From: Dehalococcoidia bacterium
GTDB taxonomy: Bacteria > Chloroflexota > Dehalococcoidia > Plut-88900
DNA: 64,000 nt
Assembly (NCBI GenBank): GCA_965197585.1
Contig: OZ240215.1
Coordinates: forward strand, 832,001-896,000
Direction of reading: 5' to 3'
In this document: positions 48,699 through 58,198 of the stretch, one piece after another
How the letters are laid out: every line of letters begins with the position of its first letter
Numbering within the stretch: position 1 is the stretch's first letter
Translations under genes and position numbers: made by a program
Notes under the pieces: generated by a model
What the model was told of the DNA's origin: nothing
Databases searched by the model: none
What the model saw: only the letters and a program-made list of their open reading frames with translations

Positions 48699-49511
48699 AT
48701 GGGCGAGCTTGATGGAAAAGTAGCAATAGTCACAGGAGCAGGGAGATTGAGGGGGATCGGCAGGGCAGCGTGCGTCGCATTGGCACAGCTGGGAGCGGAC
48801 ATAGTACCGACCGGAACAGGTCGAAACCCGGCCAGCTTCCCGGATGACGAGAAAGCGATAGGCTGGAAGGACATCGAGAGTACGGCGGAACAGGTACGAG
48901 CCCTCGGGCGGAGGGCGTTGCCGTTGGTCGTGGACGTGTCCAACGCGGAGAACGTGGCTGAAATGGCCGCCCAAACGGTACGTGAGTTCGGGCGAATCGA
49001 CATCATGGTGAATAACGCTGCATACGCCCGGGGCGCCGACCGCGTCCCGACGGTGGTCCTGGATGACGCCATATTCAAGAAGGTGGTCGACATCAAGATA
49101 ATGGGAACGTACCTGTGCTCTAAGGCGGCGGCGCAGGTGATACTGGCTCGGGGGGAGGGTGGAAAGATAGTCAACGTGTCGTCGGGGGCGGGAAAGAAGG
49201 GCGATGCCGACACCCTTGCCTATTGCGCCGGATGTTTTGCACAAGTGGCAATGACACAGACGCTGGCCGAGGAGTTGGGCCCTTACGGGGTGAACGTTAA
49301 TTGTGTCTGCCCTGGGGCAGTCGACACCCATAGGATGGACGATCTGGTTTACTCGAACGCATGGGACCAGATGGCCCAGGAAACGCCAATAGGACGGAAC
49401 GGGACGGATGAGGAGGTGGGTGAGTTTATAGCCTACCTTTGCACTAAGGCGTCGTCGTGGATACACGGCCAGTCCATAAACATCGACGGCGGCCTGATAA
49501 TGGAACACTAG
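48699..49511 (+). CDS. SDR family oxidoreductase, paralog 1 (YCAGC active-site variant)
   Basis: TGAGRLRGIG, VNNA, NVSS, YCAGC and CPG motifs. Confidence 0.9.
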   Translation: MGELDGKVAIVTGAGRLRGIGRAACVALAQLGADIVPTGTGRNPASFPDDEKAIGWKDIESTAEQVRALGRRALPLVVDVSNAENVAEMAAQTVREFGRIDIMVNNAAYARGADRVPTVVLDDAIFKKVVDIKIMGTYLCSKAAAQVILARGEGGKIVNVSSGAGKKGDADTLAYCAGCFAQVAMTQTLAEELGPYGVNVNCVCPGAVDTHRMDDLVYSNAWDQMAQETPIGRNGTDEEVGEFIAYLCTKASSWIHGQSINIDGGLIMEH

Positions 49512-49615
49512 GGAGAAACGTAGACTGGAGCGCCAGAGCATTTTCTGGGCACGCTTAATACTCATGGGAGCTAGAGTGAACGTGTTTTCGGGATAAGAAT
49601 TGAGTGGAGAACACA

Positions 49616-50428
49616 ATGGGTGAGCTGGACGGAAAAGTAGCGATAGTCACTGGGGCGGGGAGATTGAGGGGCATCGGCAGGGCGGCGTGCGTGGCGCTGG
49701 CCAAGCTGGGCGCAGATATTGTCCCGACGGGAACGGGACGAAACCCGGCCAGCTTCCCGGATGACGAAAAAGCAATAAATTGGAAGGACATCGAGAGTAC
49801 GGCGGAGCAGGTGCGGGCTCTCGGGAGGAGGGCTTTGCCGCAAGTGGTGGATGTGTCAAACCCCGAGGACGTGACTGAGATGGCGGCAAACACGGTGCGC
49901 GAGTTCGGGCGGATCGACATTATAGTTAACAACGCTGCCTATGCCCGGGGGGCGGACCGAGTCCCGACAGTCGAGTTAGACGACTACTACTTCAAGAAAG
50001 TGGTGGATATCAAGGTCTGGGGCACATACCTCTGCTCCAAGGCGGCGGCGCAAGTGATGTTGGCCCGGGGCGAGGGTGGCAAGATAATCAACGTGTCGTC
50101 GGGGGCCGGTAAGCGGGGTACAGCCGACGCTCTTGCCTATTGCGCGGGGTGTTTCGCACAGGTGGCAATGACTCAGACTATGGCTGAGGAGCTCGGGCCG
50201 TATGGCGTGAACGTGAATTGCGTCTGCCCAGGTGCAGTCGACACTCACAGAATGGACGACCTGGTCTATTCGGATGCATGGGAGAAGATGGCCCAGACAA
50301 CGCCGATAGGGCGTAACGGAACAGATGACGAAGTTGGAGAGTTCATAGCCTACCTGTGCACCAACGCAGCCTCGTGGATCCACGGCCAGTCGATAAACAT
50401 CGACGGTGGTCTGATAATGGAGCACTAG
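49616..50428 (+). CDS. SDR family oxidoreductase, paralog 2
   Basis: Same length and motifs as 48699-49511. Confidence 0.9.
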   Translation: MGELDGKVAIVTGAGRLRGIGRAACVALAKLGADIVPTGTGRNPASFPDDEKAINWKDIESTAEQVRALGRRALPQVVDVSNPEDVTEMAANTVREFGRIDIIVNNAAYARGADRVPTVELDDYYFKKVVDIKVWGTYLCSKAAAQVMLARGEGGKIINVSSGAGKRGTADALAYCAGCFAQVAMTQTMAEELGPYGVNVNCVCPGAVDTHRMDDLVYSDAWEKMAQTTPIGRNGTDDEVGEFIAYLCTNAASWIHGQSINIDGGLIMEH

Positions 50429-50446
50429 GACAGCAAAGAGTGAAAA

Positions 50447-50484
50447 GGCGGAGGGGCTGGCATTGCCAGCCCCTCCGTTCTTTA
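50447..50484. terminator. Intrinsic terminator
   Basis: GGCGGAGGGGCTGGC...GCCAGCCCCTCCGTT followed by CTTT, between convergent genes. Confidence 0.8.
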
Positions 50485-50504
50485 TGAAGGTTTTAAGGAA
50501 AGGC

Positions 50505-50831
50505 TCAGCGGAGGGCCGCCTTTTCGACAGTATCGGCGATCCATGCGTTGAGGCTCTTGCCTTCAAGGGTGGCCGCGGATACGGCAGCTCGATGGACCTC
50601 CGGGGAAACACGGAGTGAGATTTTGCCAGAACGAGGTTTCTCGGGCTCCGAACCATGTTCCCTACAGAAAGCGATATAGTCATCGACCGAAAACTCGAAC
50701 TCCTTTTGAAGCTGCGCAGGAGTTTCTGCTTGAAAATGGATAGTGTCTCCGATATTAACTACAAGGCCGGACAGTATCCCTTCTTCCAAGTCGATGTCGA
50801 CTTTGGCTATGTACCCTTTATACGTCAACAT
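50505..50831 (-). CDS. hicB: HicB family antitoxin
   Basis: YKGY..., SVDDY...PEKP.SGKISLRV, and SLNAW motifs. Confidence 0.88.
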   Translation of the reverse strand: MLTYKGYIAKVDIDLEEGILSGLVVNIGDTIHFQAETPAQLQKEFEFSVDDYIAFCREHGSEPEKPRSGKISLRVSPEVHRAAVSAATLEGKSLNAWIADTVEKAALR

Positions 50832-51081
50832 TGGTGATTCCTGCCTCGCTCAACAAGTGTCTGACGGCCTCTAAAAGATCCTTGCTGGCCTCCGGTCGGG
50901 GGTGAGGACGGTGAAAGACTGCGAAATGTAACTCTAGCCGTACACCAATCCGGGACCCGGCCCGCTCTTCTAACTCAGCCCCCAGGGCCAGGAGGAGCGA
51001 TTCTATGTCATCCCATCGAATTCCTGAACGGGTCGGGGTCTCTAGTATCGCGGCGAGAGTCCTGCGGTGCTTCCGCCTCAC
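50818..51081 (-). CDS. hicA: HicA family toxin
   Basis: IRWDDIESLL...GSR...FHRPHP. Confidence 0.88.
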   Translation of the reverse strand: MRRKHRRTLAAILETPTRSGIRWDDIESLLLALGAELEERAGSRIGVRLELHFAVFHRPHPRPEASKDLLEAVRHLLSEAGITNVDV

Positions 51082-51911
51082 GATGAAATGATATCACTCT
51101 GTGCTATCATTGTCGATGATCGAGTGGAGGAGGCACGTGGTTTCGGGGAGCGTATTGCCAGGTGGTAAATGGCGAAAGCCAGACCAATGATGCCACCCCC
51201 GACTACCGCGTCCAGGAAGAAATGGTTGGCGGTTACGACTATGGCGGAGAAGGCCACAATTGGGAAAATGACGCCGAATAAGCGCAAGGCTCGACTCCCG
51301 GTTCTTAGGAGCATGATCGAGAAGAGCAGAGTCCACCCGAAGTGCATGCTGGGCATGGCGGAGTGCTGGTTATAGTAGGCGATGGACTGCTTGCTGTTAT
51401 AGAACGCGGGTCCCATGACCTCTATGGAATCTACGAAGCCCTCTTCGAACATCAGCCTGGGTGGGGTGACGGGAAGGGTTAACCACAGCACCCATGTAAT
51501 GACGTAGCTTATGAGGAACACCCTTCGGAAATATACGAATGAATCGTAGCGGAGGCAGAGGAGTGCCACGGCCCCGGGCACTATTACAGGTAGAAAACCC
51601 AGAGAATAGGCCCAGTTGAAGAAGGTCACGATCCACGAGGCCTCGGAGAGGAGGCGGGACTGGAGTGCAGGCTCCCAGTAGATGCCCAGGAATTTCTCGA
51701 TATCGATTACTTTGAGGGCGTTTGTCCGGCCGACTGCCTCAACCTCTTCGAGGAAGACGTGGCGCAGGGACATGTAAACGATGTACCCGAGGACCAGGAG
51801 CGAACCCTCCTTGACGAACCTGTTTTCGAAGAGGGCGCGGAGGGTGGAGATGGGACGCGTCGGGGCACTGGTAAGCAGGGGTGAGGTCGGGGAAAGGCCG
51901 GGGACACGCAA
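51078..51911 (-). CDS. PAP2-like (Aur1/IPC synthase-like) membrane protein
   Basis: PVTPPRL, AMPSMH and TANHFFLD motifs. Confidence 0.85.
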   Translation of the reverse strand: MRVPGLSPTSPLLTSAPTRPISTLRALFENRFVKEGSLLVLGYIVYMSLRHVFLEEVEAVGRTNALKVIDIEKFLGIYWEPALQSRLLSEASWIVTFFNWAYSLGFLPVIVPGAVALLCLRYDSFVYFRRVFLISYVITWVLWLTLPVTPPRLMFEEGFVDSIEVMGPAFYNSKQSIAYYNQHSAMPSMHFGWTLLFSIMLLRTGSRALRLFGVIFPIVAFSAIVVTANHFFLDAVVGGGIIGLAFAIYHLAIRSPKPRASSTRSSTMIAQSDIISS

Positions 51912-51912
51912 G

Positions 51913-52581
51913 CTAGGAGGAGGTCCTCTTGTCTACCAGGGCTTTGGCGTGGGCCAAGAGAGGCTCAAAGAACTCTTCGTAGAACTGGGAGTCGATGCCT
52001 ATGACAGTGTCGCCATAGATTACGATCCCGCTGAGCCCGTTGAAGACGCTGCTTTCGCAGATGCCCTTGTCTACGAAATCCAGGTTGTAGCTGTCTTGCC
52101 CTTCCTTACCGGCTCTGATGAGGGCGCAGGACCGAGGGTTTTGGTTAAGCCTATCGACTCCGGGGCGGGTGACAAGAATGAGGGACTCGAAGAGGCGTTG
52201 GGCGTCCTGTTCGGTGGGGAAAGACTGCACCCACCAAGTCGAGAAGAGTCCCGCCGTGTTCATGTCGCAGCGAAGGATGGTCGATTCGGCCTCGGACTGG
52301 TGGAACTTGAGGAATAGGCGCTCGACGTTGCGCTTGGGTTCGTTCTCGACATATGTGCGCGTGACCCTGGTTAGCTCCCCCAACTCGCCGTGGGGGCGGA
52401 ATATGCAGTCTTCATCCGACCATTCGATCAGGGAGGTCGGGGCTTGAGTGGGGGTCGCCGGGGGGGTAGTCGGGGATGGTGTGGGCGCGGGCAGAGTGGC
52501 CGTAGGCGCTGCTCCCGAGCTGCAGGCCGCGGCAAAGGCCAGGAGGGCCACGATTAGGGTCAAGGTGATTATGGATCGCAT
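51913..52581 (-). CDS. Putative lipoprotein
   Basis: Signal peptide with lipobox-like AAAC, followed by a Pro/Thr linker. Confidence 0.7.
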   Translation of the reverse strand: MRSIITLTLIVALLAFAAACSSGAAPTATLPAPTPSPTTPPATPTQAPTSLIEWSDEDCIFRPHGELGELTRVTRTYVENEPKRNVERLFLKFHQSEAESTILRCDMNTAGLFSTWWVQSFPTEQDAQRLFESLILVTRPGVDRLNQNPRSCALIRAGKEGQDSYNLDFVDKGICESSVFNGLSGIVIYGDTVIGIDSQFYEEFFEPLLAHAKALVDKRTSS

Positions 52582-52678
52582 TAGATAGTCGAAAAGGATC
52601 AGAAGACGTAGGTCAATTTTACACCAAGTGGAGAGGCGCCACTTTCATCCGGCGCTCCAATAAAGGACCGATATGTCG

Positions 52679-53575
52679 CTAAGAAGGCGTCTGTTCGCCG
52701 GTAAGCCGGTCCATGACCATTGTTATATGGGCTCGAACTTCGTCGGTTGGGGCCAGCGTTAGGGCGCGGGCAAGGGAGTCTAGAGCCTCTTTAGTGCGGC
52801 CCATCTTGGCCAGTGCCACGGCCTGGTTGTTAATGGCGAGGACGTTGTCCGGGTCGAGGCTAAGAGCGGCCTCGGAATCAGCGAGGGCATCGGGGGCACG
52901 GTCCTGGTCGAGGTAGGCTGCGGCCCGATTTACCAGGGCAATGACGAGATTGGGTTGCAGACTCAGGACGGTGGAGGCGTCCTTGACGGCTGCATCGAAA
53001 TCACCCTTGTGTCTGTAGGCCTCACCGCGATCGATGTAGGGTTGGGGCAGATGCGGGTCCAGGTCAATGGCGGCGGTGGTGTCCTGGATCGCTCTATCGA
53101 AAGCGCCTATTGTTAGGAAGGCACTGGCTCGGTGGCTGTAGGCGAGGGGATACCGGGGATCGAGGCTTACGGCCTTGTTGAAGTCACCGAGAGCCATGAC
53201 GACTTTACCCAAACCCCTGTAGGCAGCGCCCCGGTTGACGTGGGCGGCGGCGGTTGGATTCAGAGCGATGGCTTCATTGGAGTCTGCGAGGGCGCGCTCG
53301 AAATTGCCCATGTTGACATAGGCGGCGGCGCGGTCGACGTAAGCCCCGGCATTTTGGGCGTCGAGCATCAGGGCTTTGGTGGCGTCGGTGACGGCTTTGC
53401 CGGCCTGGCCCTTGAAGTTGTGGGCCTCGGAGCGGCGGAGGTAGGCGTCTACCAGGGTACCGTCGAGACGGATGGCGAGGTCGAATAGGCCGATTGCCTC
53501 GTCGATCTGGCCTTGGTCGAGGAGACGTACCCCTTCTTGGAGGTTTGTCAGCGCGTTTTGCGTTTGATCGGACAT
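52679..53575 (-). CDS. TPR repeat protein
   Basis: About eight 34-aa repeats (AY.NRG.AY...A..D...AI.LDP). Confidence 0.88.
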   Translation of the reverse strand: MSDQTQNALTNLQEGVRLLDQGQIDEAIGLFDLAIRLDGTLVDAYLRRSEAHNFKGQAGKAVTDATKALMLDAQNAGAYVDRAAAYVNMGNFERALADSNEAIALNPTAAAHVNRGAAYRGLGKVVMALGDFNKAVSLDPRYPLAYSHRASAFLTIGAFDRAIQDTTAAIDLDPHLPQPYIDRGEAYRHKGDFDAAVKDASTVLSLQPNLVIALVNRAAAYLDQDRAPDALADSEAALSLDPDNVLAINNQAVALAKMGRTKEALDSLARALTLAPTDEVRAHITMVMDRLTGEQTPS

Positions 53576-53591
53576 GTATGGGGGAGCCGGG

Positions 53592-55424
53592 TTAGAGGTG
53601 TTCTTTGACGATCTCGGCGAGCTTTTGGGTCATCCCGACCACGGCTGCGATCTCACTGGTGTCGGCCTCACGTATGGCGTTGACCGTACCGAACCTGCGG
53701 ATGAGGGCCTTCTTCCGCTTGGGCCCGATGCCCGGGACAGAGTCCATGGCCGACCTCACGCTGCTCTTCTTCCGCAGTTGCCTGTGGAAGGTAATGGCGA
53801 AGCGGTGGGCCTCGTCTCTGATGCGCTGGACAAGGTAGAGGGCCTGGGAGCTGCGAGGCAGGATAATCGGCTCCTTGCTGTCGGGGCGGAATACCTCCTC
53901 GTAGCGCTTTGCGATGCTGGCCAGGGGTATATGCGCGATGCCGAGTTCCAGGAAGAGCTGGTGTATGGCGCCCAGGTGGCCCTTGCCGCCGTCGATGAGG
54001 ACGAGGTCCGGGACGATGGTCCAGCTGTCGGTTTTGGCGTTGACGGAGTCCTTGAGCCGACGGAAGCGTCGGCGGAGCATCTCCTGCATCATGGAATAGT
54101 CGTCGATGCCCTGGACGGTCTTGATCTTGAACTTGCGGTAGTGGGCAGGCTTGGGTTTTCCGTTTTCGAAGACGACCATTGAGCCGACGGGGTTTGAGCC
54201 CTGAATGTTGGAAATGTCGTAGCATTCCATACGCTGGGGCAGTTCGGGGAGGTTGAGGTGCTCCTGAAGCTCAGACATGGCCCCGGTGATGGCGTCGGCG
54301 TCGGCCAGCCACTTGATGTGGCGCTGCGCGAGCCCCTGCTCCGCGTTGGCGGCGACCATATGCAGCAGGTTCTTGCGGTTGCCGCGGCGGGGGACCCTCA
54401 TATGTACTCTACGGCCTCGTTTACTCTCCAGCCAGGAGTTAATCAAGGTGGAGTCAACAGGTGCGTGCTGGAGGAGGAGGAGGGGCGGGACGTAGGATGC
54501 CGAGTCGTAAAACTGCTTGATGAATCCGGCCATAATCTCGGCGTCACCCTCGTCTTGGGTGCCTTCCATGATGAAGTGGTCTCGGCCGACGGTCTTGCCC
54601 GCCCGGACGAAGAATATCTCGATCCATGCCTCGTCCTGGCCGCGTGACAGGGCTATGTAGTCCTCGTCCTTGAGGTGTAGGGAGTGGACTTTCTGCGTCT
54701 GCGATACCCTGTCGATGGCGCGTACCTGGTCCCTGAGGGCTGCGGCGCGCTCGAACTCGAGACGCTCGGCGGCCTGGTGCATACTGGCGCTCAGGTCTTT
54801 GACTATGGTCTCGTGCTTCCCTTCGAGGAACAGGATGACCTGGTCGATAACCTGGCGGTACTCGTCCTTGGACGCCGCGCCGATGCACGGCCCGACGCAA
54901 CGGTGGATGTAGTAGTCGAGACAGGGGCGCGGGTCGGTGCCGGTGATGTTCTTGGTGCAGGACCGGTAGGGGAAGAGCTTCTTGATTAGGTCCAGGGTGC
55001 GTCGGACGGAACTGGCGGATGCAAAGGGGCCGAAGTATCGGGCGCCGCGCTCGTCGTCCCGTCTCCTGGTGAAGTAGACGCGGGGAAACTCCTCTTCAAG
55101 GTCTATCTTGATATATGGATATGTCTTGTCGTCCTTGAGGCGGACGTTGTACTTGGGCTTGTAGCGCTTGATGAGGGTGTTTTCGAGGATAAGGGCCTCG
55201 CCCTCGGAATCGGTGACGACGTATTCGTACTGGGCGATGCGCGCGGCGAGGTGCCGACCCTTGAGGGTGAGTGAAGAGGAGTCGGCGAAGTAGGAGCGGA
55301 CTCGGCTGCGCAGGCCCGCGGCCTTGCCGACGTAGATAACCTTGCCGGAGGCGTCCCGGAAGATGTAGACGCCGGGTTTAGTGGGGGTGGCCTTTACCTG
55401 GTCGGCGATGGAGAGCGTAGGCAT
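53592..55424 (-). CDS. uvrC: Excinuclease ABC subunit C
   Basis: GVY-YVG (GIY-YIG) domain, UVR coil, ECYDISN, IDGGKG, RDEAHRFA and HhH. Confidence 0.97.
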   Translation of the reverse strand: MPTLSIADQVKATPTKPGVYIFRDASGKVIYVGKAAGLRSRVRSYFADSSSLTLKGRHLAARIAQYEYVVTDSEGEALILENTLIKRYKPKYNVRLKDDKTYPYIKIDLEEEFPRVYFTRRRDDERGARYFGPFASASSVRRTLDLIKKLFPYRSCTKNITGTDPRPCLDYYIHRCVGPCIGAASKDEYRQVIDQVILFLEGKHETIVKDLSASMHQAAERLEFERAAALRDQVRAIDRVSQTQKVHSLHLKDEDYIALSRGQDEAWIEIFFVRAGKTVGRDHFIMEGTQDEGDAEIMAGFIKQFYDSASYVPPLLLLQHAPVDSTLINSWLESKRGRRVHMRVPRRGNRKNLLHMVAANAEQGLAQRHIKWLADADAITGAMSELQEHLNLPELPQRMECYDISNIQGSNPVGSMVVFENGKPKPAHYRKFKIKTVQGIDDYSMMQEMLRRRFRRLKDSVNAKTDSWTIVPDLVLIDGGKGHLGAIHQLFLELGIAHIPLASIAKRYEEVFRPDSKEPIILPRSSQALYLVQRIRDEAHRFAITFHRQLRKKSSVRSAMDSVPGIGPKRKKALIRRFGTVNAIREADTSEIAAVVGMTQKLAEIVKEHL

Positions 55425-55761
55425 TACCAGGTAATTTTAGCATGCGGCTTGAGCACAGTTGGCATATGACAAGCAAATGGAAAAAGCTTCGCGTATGATT
55501 GTCTTCCGGTAACAGGCACGATGTTTGATTGTTTGTTCTGCCGGGAGAAAATCTGAGTCAGAGGTTGTGGAAGAAGTGTCGGTGGCTTTTCTTGTTCCGT
55601 AGTCGGCAATTTATGGTGTGCGATGGGTGCATGTGGGGAGGGGAATATAGTACAACCGTGCGGGGCCAGTCAATGGGGCGGCGTCACAACCCCGCCAGGA
55701 AAGAGACCATTCCCCCACCCTTGCATCCCGGCCCCAGGCCGGAATGAATGGAGAGAGGGGG

Positions 55762-56130
55762 CTATCTGAGGAAGAAAGTAAGGACGCCGAGAAGAAGGGC
55801 TACGACCACAGTGATCAGGCCGATACGCCTGACATCGGTAAGGACGTAGCCGTAGCGCCAGGGCGCTCCGGCAGTTGCAGGGGCGACGACCTGCGTTCCG
55901 GGTTGCGCAGTTCGCTCCACGGCCTCGGAAGGAGAGCCTGATTCGAGAGCGTCGGTCGACTCAAGGACAGGGGCATCGGTATCCGCGGCGCCGGCCGCGG
56001 GGGGAGGGGTAGGAGTGGGGGCAGAGACTCCGGAAAGCTCGATCTGCCGTTGGGACAGACTCGGCTTGCCCTTCTTTCTCTTGGTGCTTGCAGATTGTCT
56101 GGCGGCGAACCGCTTTGACTTTTTCGCCAT
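55762..56130 (-). CDS. Hypothetical protein with basic N-terminus and C-terminal TM helix
   Basis: MAKKSKR...YVLTDVRRIGLITVVVALLLGVLTFFLR; AGGA RBS. Confidence 0.7.
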   Translation of the reverse strand: MAKKSKRFAARQSASTKRKKGKPSLSQRQIELSGVSAPTPTPPPAAGAADTDAPVLESTDALESGSPSEAVERTAQPGTQVVAPATAGAPWRYGYVLTDVRRIGLITVVVALLLGVLTFFLR

Positions 56131-56200
56131 GTTTAGTCCTGATTAAAAATCTATGGTCAGATTATAGTCGGCGGGAAACCGGGGCCGCAAACGCGGAACG

Positions 56201-57133
56201 TCACGCTCTTGGATGGGCCTTGTCGTATTGGTCCCGGACCTGGTCGCTGGCAAGGTGGGTGTAGACCTGGGTCGTGGAGATGTTGGCGTGGCCGAGCATC
56301 TCCTGGACGTGCCTGAGGGGTGCGCCACCTCTGAGCATGTGGGTGGCGAAGCTATGACGGAGGATGTGGGGAGTTATGGGGGTCTTGATCCCCGCCTCTT
56401 TTGCGTAACCCTTCAAGATGAGCCAGAAGCCTTGCCGCGTAAGACGGTCGCCCCGGCGGTTCAGGAACAGAGCCTGCTCCTCGAACTTCTTTCGGAGACG
56501 AGGCCTGGCCCGTTCGACGTACTCCCGCAGGGCCTCCGAGGCCTCCTGGTGGATGGGAACGATCCTCTCCTTGCCGCCCTTGCCCAGACAGCGGACATGG
56601 TTGTTGCGAATGTCGACGTCGGCGACGTTGAGGGAAACTAGCTCGGTGACTCGGAGTCCGCTGGCGTACAAGAGGTCCAACATGGCGCAGTCACGGAGGC
56701 TGTCGGGAGAGACGGGTTTGGGCCGGCCATCCGGGGTCTTGCGTTCCCTGGTCGCAGTTAAGAGCCTATTGATGTCCTCGACGGAGAGGGCTTTTGGCAG
56801 GGCTCGCCCGACCTTCGGCGAGTTCATATGCTCGGTGGGGGCGGTCTCGATGTCACCCTCGTCGACCAGGAAGGCGAAGAAGGACTTGATGGCGGCGATC
56901 TTTCGGGCGATGGTGGAGTCCTTGAAGGTGCGGTCCCGGAGGTCTAGGCCATACTTGGCGACCATGTCGCGATCTACGCCGCCCCAGTTGGAGACATGCT
57001 TCCTGGGCCCGAGGCCCGTTTCGATGAACTCCAGGAACTGGTAGAGGTCGTTGCGGTAGGCGTATAGGGTGTTGGCGGAAAGGCCGCGTTCCACGGTGAG
57101 ATGAGTTAAAAATGCATCGATTACTATTTTCAC
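56201..57133 (-). CDS. xerD: Site-specific tyrosine recombinase XerD
   Basis: ERGLSANT, SGLRVTEL, GKGGKER, TRQGFW, HILRHSFATH and LGHANISTTQVY motifs. Confidence 0.92.
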   Translation of the reverse strand: MKIVIDAFLTHLTVERGLSANTLYAYRNDLYQFLEFIETGLGPRKHVSNWGGVDRDMVAKYGLDLRDRTFKDSTIARKIAAIKSFFAFLVDEGDIETAPTEHMNSPKVGRALPKALSVEDINRLLTATRERKTPDGRPKPVSPDSLRDCAMLDLLYASGLRVTELVSLNVADVDIRNNHVRCLGKGGKERIVPIHQEASEALREYVERARPRLRKKFEEQALFLNRRGDRLTRQGFWLILKGYAKEAGIKTPITPHILRHSFATHMLRGGAPLRHVQEMLGHANISTTQVYTHLASDQVRDQYDKAHPRA

Positions 57134-57240
57134 CTTGCCACTCTCCTATAGATATGAGGATGAATACCGGACAAGTTTAACATAACGCGATAGTGGATGG
57201 TAAAGTCGAGCCTGGCGGGTGGTCCCGTTCACATAGAGGG

Positions 57241-58101
57241 GTGACATATCCCCCTTGACTTCATAAGACATGTGTTCTATTATTGGGCCAGTCTAGACCC
57301 GACACCCACCTTAAGGAGGTACAAAAAACTAGGGAAGCCCACCCGGCCCCCGAGGACTCAACGTCCAAGCCCATCCCAAAGGGCGGCCCACACGCCGCCC
57401 CACGGCACAAGCAAACGCCGCCATCTCCTCATCCCATCGGGTCCCGTGCCCCTTCCCTGACCACCCAGGCGATGGAAGAAGCCCTGGCTTTCTACTCCCA
57501 CCCCTCCCCCACCATCCCCCAGTCATTCCAGCCTCCAGGCCGGAATCCAGAGGCGGGGTGCGCAGGGAGATTACAACAAGGGTGAAAGGAGATGTACTCG
57601 CGGACCGTAAGACCCCCATAGAGAACCGTCTCGAAGTTCGGACCGCACCGCAAGAGTTAGCGCGCTACGGCGAGGGGGTGCCGGAGGATTTGCTCCGTAT
57701 CGCTCCGGCAAACTGAAAAATCATTAGTCAGGCTGTGGGGCCACAGCTGGATCCCTGGCCCTGACGTGCCCATAGCGGTATACAGCCCCGAAGGAGCCTC
57801 TCACGGACGTCCTGCCCTGGAAGTGTCCGTGAATATAATCGAGCAGAGGGCACGGCCGGCTGCAAGTCCCTCCCTCTCAGGCGGGGCCTGCTCTTAAGGC
57901 CCCCCGACAGCCGGAACACCCGCAAAGAGAGAATGCAAAGCCAGTTAGAGGGCAAGAGGGCGTCTTCCATCGCCGTCCCAAAACCCAACAGACAGAACGG
58001 AAACCCAAACCCCACAATCGAAGATGGAACATCCGCCTCTGGAGGACTGAATAAAAGGCTGGTGTGTCGCTAACCTGCCGAACAAGTACAGCGGATTGAC
58101 C
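57241..58101 (+). ncRNA. Candidate large structured ncRNA or non-coding element, copy B
   Basis: Homologous to 19184-19967 (reverse complement); identical 20-nt and 29-nt blocks; helix 57468-57485 with 57957-57974. Confidence 0.65.
57255..57283 (+). promoter_or_regulatory. Sigma70 promoter of element copy B
   Basis: TTGACT-17 nt-TATTAT. Confidence 0.7.
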
Positions 58102-58198
58102 GGCATTCGGCGGGGAGGCTACACTGGATGGGTGAAGTGAACGGATAGTGAAGCTGACCGGACTACTTATACGATAAGGACGGAGCCCGAGATCAAGG

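Noticed and set aside
55520-55545. Possible SOS box upstream of uvrC (AGAACAAACAATC, minus strand)
   Set aside because: Only one good half-site; too weak to call.
56201-57133. Tyrosine recombinase as a prophage or island integrase
   Set aside because: Length and motifs fit housekeeping XerD, neighbours are core genes, and no att sites or phage genes were seen.
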